Assembly: GCA_934098515.1 (NCBI GenBank)
Contig: CAKOOK010000003.1
Coordinates: 5,070 to 69,069 of the forward strand
Direction of reading: 5' to 3'
Length of the DNA: 64,000 nucleotides
DNA from: an uncultured Bacilli bacterium
GTDB taxonomy: Bacteria > Bacillota_I > Bacilli_A > RF39 > UBA660
A program made the translations under genes and the position numbers. Numbering within the stretch: the first letter of the stretch is position 1; every line of letters starts with the position of its first letter. The notes under the pieces were generated by a model. That model saw only the letters and a program-made list of their open reading frames with translations. It ran no database searches and was not told the DNA's origin. Below, piece after piece: positions 35,858 through 44,438 of the stretch.

Positions 35858-37503
35858 CTTTCTTTTATTTGAAACTTACCAAACGTAAGTTTTTTTATGA
35901 TCTTATTTATTTCTTTAGTTCCAAATATATGCTGAGGTATCCTCATCCAAATACTAAGTCCAATATAAATAAATGCTCCAATAACTGCATCAACAACAAT
36001 TAACTTAACACTACTAGTACGACTATAAACATTAAATGGTAAGAAATTATTAAGAACAAGAAGCACTGCTGTCATAACTAGTGCAGGAACAAGTGTCTTA
36101 AATACTGTAATAAAAGTATCCTTATAATTAATCTTATGAACACCATTAAACGCTTTAAGACCTACATAAATAGATATAGAATAACCTATAAATGATGCAA
36201 GAACTGCTCCATAATAAGCACCTATCCCAAAATGATTACAAATAATCATAAGTGGCATATCTAAAGCCGCATTAAATAAACAACCAAAAATATTTGTTAA
36301 ATAAACAGCCTTAAACTTATTACAACTCTGAAGTGCCGTAGACACTACCAAACTAATATTACCAACAAGAGCATTAAATACCATTATCTTAAGTATATCT
36401 CCACCATAATGATTTATATTATAAAACACTGTCCATACAGGAGTAGCTAAAATAGACAAGCCAATCGTCATCGGTAAACTTACATAAATAATAATCTGCA
36501 AACTCTTATTTAACTTTTCATTTAAATCTTTCCAATTACTCGTCGCATGAGCAGACACAATTGATGGAATAAGTGTAACTGTCATTCCCATTGCTATTGA
36601 GTTAACTATCATACAAATCTTACTACCCCATGTACTAATAACACTTGTAATAAACTCTACATCATGTGCAGAATAACCCAAATGATCAAGTACACGCAAA
36701 ATAATAACCATATCCGTAAAACTATAAACACTACTAATCAAATTAAGTACTATCGCGGGAACAGCATAAATAGCTATTTTCTTAATAATCTCTTTATTGC
36801 TAATATCATCTTTCTCTAATTTTCTATCTAAATCAAGAACCTTTTTATTTTTATTAATCTGTCTCCTTAAATAATAATAAGCAACTAATCCACCAAAGAA
36901 AGCTCCACTAACCGCAATACCAATCGTAAGAGTTAAACTTCCATTTAACACCTTATAACACAAATAAGAACCAGCTAAAATAACAAATATTCTAACAACC
37001 TGCTCTATTAAATTAGCTGTTGATGAAGGTCCTACATACTCATGCCCTTGTAAATATCCTTTAGCAACACTTAAATGAGGCACAATCAAAACAGCAAAAG
37101 ATACACATCTAATAACAAAAGCAACATCTGTAATGGTATTACCACCTTGTAAATCACCTAAAATAAGTGACCCAAGTTCCTCTGCAAACACAAATAAAAG
37201 AATAAACGTTGCAAAAGAAAAATAACTAATAAACTTCCTACTTAACTTATAAGCCCTCGTCTTTGCTTCAATCTTCCCGGTCGCATTATACTCACTAATA
37301 AGTTTACTCATCGCACTAGGAATGCCTGCAGAACTAATAGATAAAAATATCAAATAAATATTATAACCATAACTATATAATGCTCCACCCTTTGATCCAA
37401 CAATAATATAAAAAGGCACAACATAAAGCATCCCTAATATCTTTACCAAAATTACGGATGCTGTCGCAATAAAAGTCCCAGTTACAAAACTATTTTTTTT
37501 CAT
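35854..37503 (-). CDS. MOP-superfamily flippase (MurJ/SpoVB/YtgP-like polysaccharide biosynthesis protein)
   Basis: About 14 TM helices. The N-terminus ...GTFIATASVILVKILGMLYVVPFY...GYNIYLIFLSISSAGIPSAMSKLISE is typical of the family. Confidence 0.65.
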   Translation of the reverse strand: MKKNSFVTGTFIATASVILVKILGMLYVVPFYIIVGSKGGALYSYGYNIYLIFLSISSAGIPSAMSKLISEYNATGKIEAKTRAYKLSRKFISYFSFATFILLFVFAEELGSLILGDLQGGNTITDVAFVIRCVSFAVLIVPHLSVAKGYLQGHEYVGPSSTANLIEQVVRIFVILAGSYLCYKVLNGSLTLTIGIAVSGAFFGGLVAYYYLRRQINKNKKVLDLDRKLEKDDISNKEIIKKIAIYAVPAIVLNLISSVYSFTDMVIILRVLDHLGYSAHDVEFITSVISTWGSKICMIVNSIAMGMTVTLIPSIVSAHATSNWKDLNEKLNKSLQIIIYVSLPMTIGLSILATPVWTVFYNINHYGGDILKIMVFNALVGNISLVVSTALQSCNKFKAVYLTNIFGCLFNAALDMPLMIICNHFGIGAYYGAVLASFIGYSISIYVGLKAFNGVHKINYKDTFITVFKTLVPALVMTAVLLVLNNFLPFNVYSRTSSVKLIVVDAVIGAFIYIGLSIWMRIPQHIFGTKEINKIIKKLTFGKFQIKES

Positions 37504-37505
37504 TA

Positions 37506-37685
37506 CTATTCACTCAAATTTCTATAAATAATCATCGCAGTAAAACAATAAATCTGCTCTTCTCCAAATGCCGCTATTGACACACTATACTTAATATCAA
37601 TTAGCTCAATATTTGTCATAAGAAAAGCATTAACTGCTTGTTCTAAATCTTTTTCATGCGATTCATCAAAAACTTTAACCAACAT
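37506..37685 (-). CDS. Cse60-like sporulation protein
   Basis: The start is at ATG 37685. MLVKVFDESHEKDLEQAVNAFL...IDIKYSVS...GEEQIYCFTAMIIYR matches the recalled Cse60 pattern. Confidence 0.5.
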   Translation of the reverse strand: MLVKVFDESHEKDLEQAVNAFLMTNIELIDIKYSVSIAAFGEEQIYCFTAMIIYRNLSE

Positions 37686-37799
37686 TTCATCCTCCAATAT
37701 ACATGGTATCAAAATGAAATGTCAACAATTGTCAGTTTTCGCCTAAATCCATACAACAATTATACCTTATATTTACATTACTTGCACGATACTTTACAA

Positions 37800-38432
37800 T
37801 TATTTGATAATATTCTTAACATATTCTAAAACTTCATCACTAATTGAATTTATATCTTTAAGCTTATCATCATTAACACAACTAACAACCCCAAAATCAT
37901 ATCTTCTACTAAGTAAATGATAAGTCATCTCAATATTATGATACTTAGGATCTGCTACTTCACCAACTAAAGGTCTATACTGATAAGGTAAAAACAAGAA
38001 AACAACTTTATCTGGTCTTGGCAAATCAAGCAAATTAAACTCCAGTTGCTCCATCCAAAATATCATATTAACCCTATCTTTAACATCCTCAAACTTACTT
38101 GCTTGATAAGCCATATTAGATTCAACATATCTATCAAGTACTACATGAACGCCCTTATCTAATAAATCATTAATCTTCCCTATATTATTAACTCTATCTG
38201 CTGCATAATATAAAGACAGTGCCTTAGGATCAACCTCTTCATCAAAATAACTATTCCCATCCTTATTTAAAATATGCTCATAAATTATCTTACCAGTTGG
38301 TGTCTCATACATTGGAAAACGCATCTTTACAGCTTTTTCACCCATTTCATTTAATCTTTTAACAAGTAAATCAGCTTGTGTCTCTTTTCCAGAACCTTCA
38401 GTTCCCTCAATAACTAATAACTTACCTCTCAT
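37800..38432 (-). CDS. tmk: thymidylate kinase
   Basis: P-loop LLVIEGTEGSGKETQ, DRY-like LDRYVESN. Overlaps tdk. Confidence 0.75.
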   Translation of the reverse strand: MRGKLLVIEGTEGSGKETQADLLVKRLNEMGEKAVKMRFPMYETPTGKIIYEHILNKDGNSYFDEEVDPKALSLYYAADRVNNIGKINDLLDKGVHVVLDRYVESNMAYQASKFEDVKDRVNMIFWMEQLEFNLLDLPRPDKVVFLFLPYQYRPLVGEVADPKYHNIEMTYHLLSRRYDFGVVSCVNDDKLKDINSISDEVLEYVKNIIK

Positions 38433-38955
38433 TTTTCTTCCTTCTTAAACACCTAGCACAAAGTGCAATATAATTATCATTACCAACTAAAATATCACCC
38501 TTCTTCTTCCCATCATAATAAGTATAAATAGCATCTCTATTACACTCATTACAAGAAGCATGAAGTATCTCTATCTCATCAGCAATTGAAAGTAACTGTG
38601 GCATAATTCCAAAAGGTGCTTGCTCACTAGTCATATTAAGTCCAGCAATATAAATATCTAAATCTTCCATAACAGATAACTCTAACAAAATCTTTATATC
38701 ACCCTTTAAAAAATTAGCCTCATCAATAAATATCGTATTGATCTTATCAGTTATATAACCAGGAATATCCTTAATATCATCAACTAATATAGCATTAATC
38801 TCTTTCCCCTTACGAGTCTTAACAACCCCATAATCCCTTGTATCCATCTTAGGTTTAAACAAAAGAATTCTACTCTTATGATATCTCTTATCATACTCAT
38901 TAAGTAAAGCATCACTCTTTCCACTAAACATAGGACCTGTAAATACCTTTATCAT
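38422..38955 (-). CDS. tdk: thymidine kinase
   Basis: GPMFSGKS P-loop, FIDEANF, and C-terminal zinc cysteines C..C......C..C. Confidence 0.9.
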   Translation of the reverse strand: MIKVFTGPMFSGKSDALLNEYDKRYHKSRILLFKPKMDTRDYGVVKTRKGKEINAILVDDIKDIPGYITDKINTIFIDEANFLKGDIKILLELSVMEDLDIYIAGLNMTSEQAPFGIMPQLLSIADEIEILHASCNECNRDAIYTYYDGKKKGDILVGNDNYIALCARCLRRKKNER

Positions 38956-39015
38956 GTTACCACCATCATAATTATATAATTTTTAAAACCTTTAGTAAAT
39001 ACATCAATAACCTGA

Positions 39016-39054
39016 GTGAAACTTTTTTATTAATTTTAGCCTAAAAAGTTTCAC
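39016..39054. repeat. perfect 12-bp inverted repeat (GTGAAACTTTTT / AAAAAGTTTCAC, 15-nt loop) upstream of the tdk promoter
   Basis: Read directly from the sequence. It lies between the terminator at 39073-39096 and tdk. Confidence 0.8.
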
Positions 39055-39072
39055 ACCAACTTTTATTTAATT

Positions 39073-39096
39073 GAAAAAACTTCCACAAAGGAAGTT
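39073..39096 (-). terminator. rho-independent terminator overlapping the stop codon of 39095-40048
   Basis: On the minus strand: AACTTCC-TTTGT-GGAAGTT followed by TTTTTT. Confidence 0.65.
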
Positions 39097-40048
39097 AATC
39101 TAACAAATGTCCACACTTTACACAAGCTTTCATAGAAACACCATTAGCATACCCACAATTAGGACAAACCTTACTATTACTACTACTCATTATCTCCTCG
39201 GCAATATCATCTGCACTTACTCTAGGCATTTCTACTTCACCACTAGGCATCTCTGGATTACTAATCTTTTCAATAGAAATAGTATTTTCAAACTGAGGAC
39301 TATTAAATATCTCCTCAGGTTTCTTTTCTTCTTCAGCATCCACCTTTAAAGAAGGCATCTCAAATATATTATCATCATAACTAGGTTCATTTACTTGAAC
39401 ACTATTACTACTTACTTCTTCAGTGCCAAATATATTATCAGTATTATCGCTAACTGGAATATCCAACACTTCAGGAGTACTTTCTATAGTCTCAACCTTA
39501 ACTGGCTCTGCACTAATCTGTTCCTCTAATCCAGGCTTTTCATCCAAATCAAAACCCTTAATCTCCTCAGGCTCACTAGGAATAGTACTAATAGGATCAG
39601 GAGCCATCAAATTAAGTTCTCCACCCTCATTAGGATCACTAGTCATTAAATCAAACTGAACATCACCTTCAGTACCATCAATAACTTTATCCTTACCAAA
39701 ACCTAAAATCATATAAAATATCGGTGTCAAAAACACCAAACCTAATCCAAATCCAGCACTCTTACCAAACTTACCAGCAAGCCTATAATTAGCAACAATA
39801 AATGCAATTCCATTAGCAACTGGAAGTATAGAAAGCCATCCAGGCAAATCAACAGCCTTCAAAAGTATCCACTGACCATATATAGGAACAATAGCTCCCC
39901 ATCCAGGTAACCCTAACTTCTTATATACCTTAATCGTAGCAACTAAACTAATAACAGCAAGTAATATACTAACAAAAAACACTACAAACATTACCCCAGA
40001 AAACACTAAAGTAACATTATTACTACCATATACTGCATAATCACTCAT
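39095..40048 (-). CDS. DUF5684-like membrane protein with an acidic linker and a C-terminal zinc ribbon
   Basis: LPGWGAIVPIYGQWILLKAVDLPGW (DUF5684-like) in the N-terminal TM region. The C-terminal motif is CPNCGY...C.KCGH. Confidence 0.45.
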   Translation of the reverse strand: MSDYAVYGSNNVTLVFSGVMFVVFFVSILLAVISLVATIKVYKKLGLPGWGAIVPIYGQWILLKAVDLPGWLSILPVANGIAFIVANYRLAGKFGKSAGFGLGLVFLTPIFYMILGFGKDKVIDGTEGDVQFDLMTSDPNEGGELNLMAPDPISTIPSEPEEIKGFDLDEKPGLEEQISAEPVKVETIESTPEVLDIPVSDNTDNIFGTEEVSSNSVQVNEPSYDDNIFEMPSLKVDAEEEKKPEEIFNSPQFENTISIEKISNPEMPSGEVEMPRVSADDIAEEIMSSSNSKVCPNCGYANGVSMKACVKCGHLLD

Positions 40049-40096
40049 ACATCCAACCTCTTTCTTATCATTAATACCATTTTACTACACAAAAAC

Positions 40097-41401
40097 CTAA
40101 TTTACAATATAAGGTTTTTCACTTGTACCATCACCGGTCACGTTGGTAGAGGGCTTAAGAGAAATCGAAGGACGGACATTACCCGCATCGCTCACGCTGT
40201 CGTGGCCGAAGTTTCCAGCCTTGCCACCAACGCGCCAAACGTGAGCACGACCAATGGGAGAAAATTCAACAGGTGACAGAGTCCACAGCCAACCGTCCGT
40301 AGCATTTTCTTGTAAATATGTTGTGCCATTATTTAATCCATAAGCATATCCTGCAAATACTACCTCATCCGCAGTTAATAAACCTATTTTTGATTTTATT
40401 TTACTTAATTTTCCATTACATTTTAAACTAGGACCCGTGCCTCCAGCACTACCACTTGAACTTACTAATCTTTGTGTAGCACCATAATATGTTTTATTTG
40501 TGCCATACCCTAATCCTGTTGGTTTTTTCCCATATGACCATGGATTATAACTTATATCAGTTATATTTGTTTTATCGGTGCACCATATATTGTCATCTAT
40601 CACGCTTTCATATACTTTTAAATTGTTATTATACCAATTTTCCAAGTTAGTTAGTATTGTACTTTTATTTGTATTTGCATGAGTTGCAGCATAATCATCT
40701 GCATCAACTGTACCGTACATAAATCCTACATAAGCATTATCATCTTTATTTTCATTAAATTTACTTGTATATGTTGCACCAGAGTATCTTGCAAATGCTG
40801 CACTAGCACTATTATTAGCTGAATTACAAGGATTAGCTACTTTTGTAGTATTATCATTATGTAAAATAAGTTTTACTGAACCATCTCCACCAACTCTTAC
40901 TATTCTCCAGCACTTATTAGCAAATTCTACATAATTATTTGTTACAGCTCCTCTAAAATAATAACTTGTTCCATAATCATCTTCTGCGGATGCAAGTAAT
41001 GCTTCCTCAGCAGTAGATACTGCTGCTCCCGGTGTAGTTATTGGAGTTTTAACTTCATTATATGCTAGTATAGTTTCTGAGAAAGCCGGAACTTTTGTTA
41101 TAAACGTTGCATTACACCTCACATTGCCAACACTTATATCATTAAAAGACACTACCCATTTTGTACCATTCCATATAGCCTTTGCATCTACATCTTGTTT
41201 TACTCCATTTCTAGTGCACTCTACAGTTGCTACATACTTATTTGTAGTTGGAAATGTAGTACTAGCTTTGCCATCAATAACAGCTGCCATAATAGGTCCA
41301 CTACTATCTTCTAGTAAATCTTTTTTATCACTCTTATTGTACATAAACATTCCAGAAATAATTATCGTGCATACAATAATTAAACTAATTATTTTCTTCA
41401 T
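40097..41401 (-). CDS. surface protein P2: N-terminal anchor plus a C-terminal lectin-like module with a hypervariable patch
   Basis: The C-terminal 330 aa are near-identical to P1 outside the patch, and long runs are identical at nucleotide level, e.g. GTTTTACTGAACCATCTCCACCAACTCTTACTATTCTCCAGCACTTATTAGCAAA. The N-terminus is a TM/signal, MKKIISLIIVCTIIISGMF. Confidence 0.75.
   Translation of the reverse strand: MKKIISLIIVCTIIISGMFMYNKSDKKDLLEDSSGPIMAAVIDGKASTTFPTTNKYVATVECTRNGVKQDVDAKAIWNGTKWVVSFNDISVGNVRCNATFITKVPAFSETILAYNEVKTPITTPGAAVSTAEEALLASAEDDYGTSYYFRGAVTNNYVEFANKCWRIVRVGGDGSVKLILHNDNTTKVANPCNSANNSASAAFARYSGATYTSKFNENKDDNAYVGFMYGTVDADDYAATHANTNKSTILTNLENWYNNNLKVYESVIDDNIWCTDKTNITDISYNPWSYGKKPTGLGYGTNKTYYGATQRLVSSSGSAGGTGPSLKCNGKLSKIKSKIGLLTADEVVFAGYAYGLNNGTTYLQENATDGWLWTLSPVEFSPIGRAHVWRVGGKAGNFGHDSVSDAGNVRPSISLKPSTNVTGDGTSEKPYIVN
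40127..40300 (-). other. GC-rich, A-depleted hypervariable patch inside P2 (DGR variable-region-like)
   Basis: The coding strand reads GAC GGT TGG CTG TGG ACT CTG TCA CCT ... GTT TGG CGC GTT GGT GGC AAG GCT GGA AAC TTC GGC CAC GAC AGC GTG AGC GAT GCG GGT AAT GTC CGT CCT TCG ATT TCT CTT AAG CCC TCT ACC AAC GTG ACC GGT GAT GGT. Confidence 0.6.
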
Positions 41402-41455
41402 ATTTACGCCTTCCTTATGATAACATTATATAATAATAATTTTGTTTAGTCCATA

Positions 41456-41483
41456 TAAAAACTTGGAATATCATCCAAGTTTT
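41456..41483 (-). terminator. rho-independent terminator of leuS (overlaps the stop codon)
   Basis: On the minus strand: AAAACTTGGA-TGATAT-TCCAAGTTTT plus T. A TATAAT for P2 follows at 41425-41430. Confidence 0.6.
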
Positions 41484-43881
41484 ATTTAACTACAACACTA
41501 ACAATTCTCTTTGGTACTACAATAACTTTAACTATATTAAGGCCGTCTGTATATTTCTTAACATTTTCATTATTAAGAGCTTTCATCTTTATTTCTTCTT
41601 CAGAATCATCTTCGCTAATTAATACGCTTCCTCTAAGCTTACCATTAACTTGTACGCCTATCTCAAACTCAGAATCAGTTGTTTTACTTTCGTCATATTT
41701 TGGCCAAGCACTTACTGCAAGTTCTTCACCTAACTTACATTCCTCATTTAATTCTTCAGTAATATGAGGTGCAATTGGATTAAGTAGTGCTAGTAATGTC
41801 CTATAGTCCTTATGCGTAATAGACTCTTCTTTTTCCATAGCATTAAGCAAAATCATTAAAGCACTTACTGCAGTATTATATTTCATACTAAGTAAATCAT
41901 TAGTAACTTTCTTAATTGTCTTATGCATTAAACTTTCTAAATTTTTAGAATACTCATCACCGCAGGTAAGTTTACCTTTAATTCTATCTACTCTTTCTAA
42001 GAACTTCTTACAGCCCTTTAAACCATTCTCACTCCAAGCAGCATCTTTAGGATAATCACCAATAAACATTTCATAAGTTCTAAGAGCATCAGCACCATAA
42101 TTAGCAACCATATCATCTGGATTTACTACATTACCTTTACTCTTACTCATCTTTTCATTGTTCTCACCCAAAATCATACCATGAGCAACTCTCTTCTTAA
42201 ATGGCTCCTTAACGCTTACCAAGCCTTGATCATACAAGAACTGATTCCAGAATCTTGCATAAAGCAAATGTCTCGTAGCATGTTCCATGCCACCATTATA
42301 ATAATCAACTTGTCCCCAGTAATCCATCGCTTCACGGCTAGCAAACTCTTTATCATTGTTTGGATCCATATATCTAATCCAGTACCAAGATGACCCAGCC
42401 CAGTTAGGCATTGTATCAGTCTCTCTCTTCGCCATCTTACCGCAGTGTGGACAAGGTACATTTACCCATTCATCAAGTGTACTTAGTGGGCTTTCTCCAT
42501 TATCAGTTGGTTCATAACTCTTAACATCAGGTAGTACTAAAGGAAGCTCTTCTTCTGGAACAGGAACCCATCCACAATCCTCACAATAAATCATTGGAAT
42601 TGGTTCACCCCAGAATCTTTGTCTAGAGAAAATCCAGTCTTGTAATCTATAATTAGTAGTTTTCTTACCAATATGATTATCTTCTAAATACTTAAGGCAT
42701 GTATTAATTGCATCTTCCTTACCAAGTCCATCTAAAACACCTGAATTAATATGAACTCCATCACCAGTATAAGCCTCCTTAGAAATATCTCCGCCTTCAA
42801 TAACTGGAATAATCTTAATACCAAACTTTTTTGCAAAAGCATAATCTCTAGTATCATGAGCAGGAACTGCCATAATAGCACCAGTACCATATCCCGCTAA
42901 AACATAATCAGAAACATATATTGGAATAACTTCACCGCTAACTGGATTAACTGCTTCAAGGCCATCTAACTTAATACCAGTCTTCTCTTTGCTTTCATCA
43001 GTTCTTTCGATCTCACTCTTTGCTTTAGCAGCATCTTGATAAGCCTTTAACTCATCTATATTCTTAATTCTATCTTGATACTTTTCTAAAAATGGATGTT
43101 CAGGGCTCATTACCATAAATGTTACACCATACAAAGTATCACATCTTGTTGTAAATACCTTAAGCACATCTTCAGTATCCTTAAGTTTAAAATCAACTTC
43201 AGCACCAACACTCTTACCAATCCAGTTAATCTGAGCTGTCTTAATCTTCTCCATAAAGTCAGTATCTTTAAGTCCTTCAATTAAACTATCTGCATAAGCA
43301 GTCATCTTTAGCATCCACTGATTCTTAAGTTTCTTTTCAACCTTAGAGCCACATCTTTCACATACTCCACCAGCAGCATCCTCATTAGATAATCCCATCT
43401 TACAATTAGGGCACCAATTAATATCCTTCTCTGCCTTATATGCTAAACCAGCCTTATAAAATTGTAAAAACTGCCACTGCGTCCACTTATAATACTCTGG
43501 ACTACTAGTATTAATCTCTCTACTCCAATCAAATGATATACCAAGTGCTTTAATTTGATGTTTAAAATTATCTATACACTCACTAACCATCTTACTTGGA
43601 TATACGTGATTTTTTATTGCATACTGCTCTGCTGGAGCCCCAAATGCATCCCAACCAATTGGATATAAAACATTATACCCCTGTGCCCTTTTAAGTCTTG
43701 CCATTGCATCAAGTGCTGTATAACTTCTAACATGTCCTACATGAAGACCAGCACCTGATGGATATGGAAACTCAACTAAAATATAATACTTTTTCTTATC
43801 ACTATTATTCTTAGCAGTAAATACCCCTTCTTCTTCCCATCTCTTTTGCCATTTCTTTTCAATAACTCTTGTATTAATCAT
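41482..43881 (-). CDS. leuS: leucine--tRNA ligase
   Basis: HVGH (LHVGHVRSY) and KMSKS motifs, a CP1 editing domain, 799 aa, and a T-box upstream. Confidence 0.95.
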   Translation of the reverse strand: MINTRVIEKKWQKRWEEEGVFTAKNNSDKKKYYILVEFPYPSGAGLHVGHVRSYTALDAMARLKRAQGYNVLYPIGWDAFGAPAEQYAIKNHVYPSKMVSECIDNFKHQIKALGISFDWSREINTSSPEYYKWTQWQFLQFYKAGLAYKAEKDINWCPNCKMGLSNEDAAGGVCERCGSKVEKKLKNQWMLKMTAYADSLIEGLKDTDFMEKIKTAQINWIGKSVGAEVDFKLKDTEDVLKVFTTRCDTLYGVTFMVMSPEHPFLEKYQDRIKNIDELKAYQDAAKAKSEIERTDESKEKTGIKLDGLEAVNPVSGEVIPIYVSDYVLAGYGTGAIMAVPAHDTRDYAFAKKFGIKIIPVIEGGDISKEAYTGDGVHINSGVLDGLGKEDAINTCLKYLEDNHIGKKTTNYRLQDWIFSRQRFWGEPIPMIYCEDCGWVPVPEEELPLVLPDVKSYEPTDNGESPLSTLDEWVNVPCPHCGKMAKRETDTMPNWAGSSWYWIRYMDPNNDKEFASREAMDYWGQVDYYNGGMEHATRHLLYARFWNQFLYDQGLVSVKEPFKKRVAHGMILGENNEKMSKSKGNVVNPDDMVANYGADALRTYEMFIGDYPKDAAWSENGLKGCKKFLERVDRIKGKLTCGDEYSKNLESLMHKTIKKVTNDLLSMKYNTAVSALMILLNAMEKEESITHKDYRTLLALLNPIAPHITEELNEECKLGEELAVSAWPKYDESKTTDSEFEIGVQVNGKLRGSVLISEDDSEEEIKMKALNNENVKKYTDGLNIVKVIVVPKRIVSVVVK

Positions 43882-44231
43882 TTTCTATCACCTTTCTCTT
43901 TCCTAATTAATATCTTACCTAGTGCTCCATACACTAAAAATATCATTATAAATAAAAGTCCAAAACCAGTAAGCACCTGCCATACATAATCAATCTTTAA
44001 ACTAGTACATACTGTCCCACTTACACTTATTATAAGTGCATTAAAAAGTGCAAACACAACCCATAACCGTTTAAAATTCATATTCTTAATTTTAACACCA
44101 TACTTATAACACAAAAACTTAACTTCCTTAGTTTCCTTAATCGTCCCCTTCTTATATTTAATTAAATAAATAATAAAATAAGTTACAAACACAACCACGA
44201 AACTAACTATAAATACAATTAAACTCTCCAT
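43878..44231 (-). CDS. small 3-TM membrane protein between the Leu T-box and leuS
   Basis: 117-aa ORF with a 4-nt overlap with the leuS start and a GGAGG RBS right after the T-box terminator. No family recognised. Confidence 0.55.
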   Translation of the reverse strand: MESLIVFIVSFVVVFVTYFIIYLIKYKKGTIKETKEVKFLCYKYGVKIKNMNFKRLWVVFALFNALIISVSGTVCTSLKIDYVWQVLTGFGLLFIMIFLVYGALGKILIRKEKGDRK

Positions 44232-44242
44232 ACGCCTCCATT

Positions 44243-44427
44243 AAAAAACGGTCCTACATCCAAAGGACGAAAGACCGTGGTACCACCTTAATTTATACTC
44301 TAAGTTTTAAAGGCCCTCACCTAACACATCCAAAAGCAAGTTCATAAATCTTTATTGTTAACTTCCACCACCCGTTAACTCTCTTTAAAATAAATAATTT
44401 ACTACTACTCTTTCTTCATCTGCTTAA
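44243..44427 (-). promoter_or_regulatory. T-box leader (Leu); promoter TTGAAT-17-TATAAT at 44433-44461, overlapping the GH31 gene 3' end
   Basis: On the minus strand: AGAGAG and GGUGGUGGAA stem I motifs, T-box AAUUAAGGUGGUACCACGG (44275-44293), and terminator ACGGUC...GACCGU plus U6. Leu codons CUU/UUG in GAACUUGCUUUUGG are candidate specifiers. Confidence 0.8.
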
Positions 44428-44438
44428 AATGTATTATA

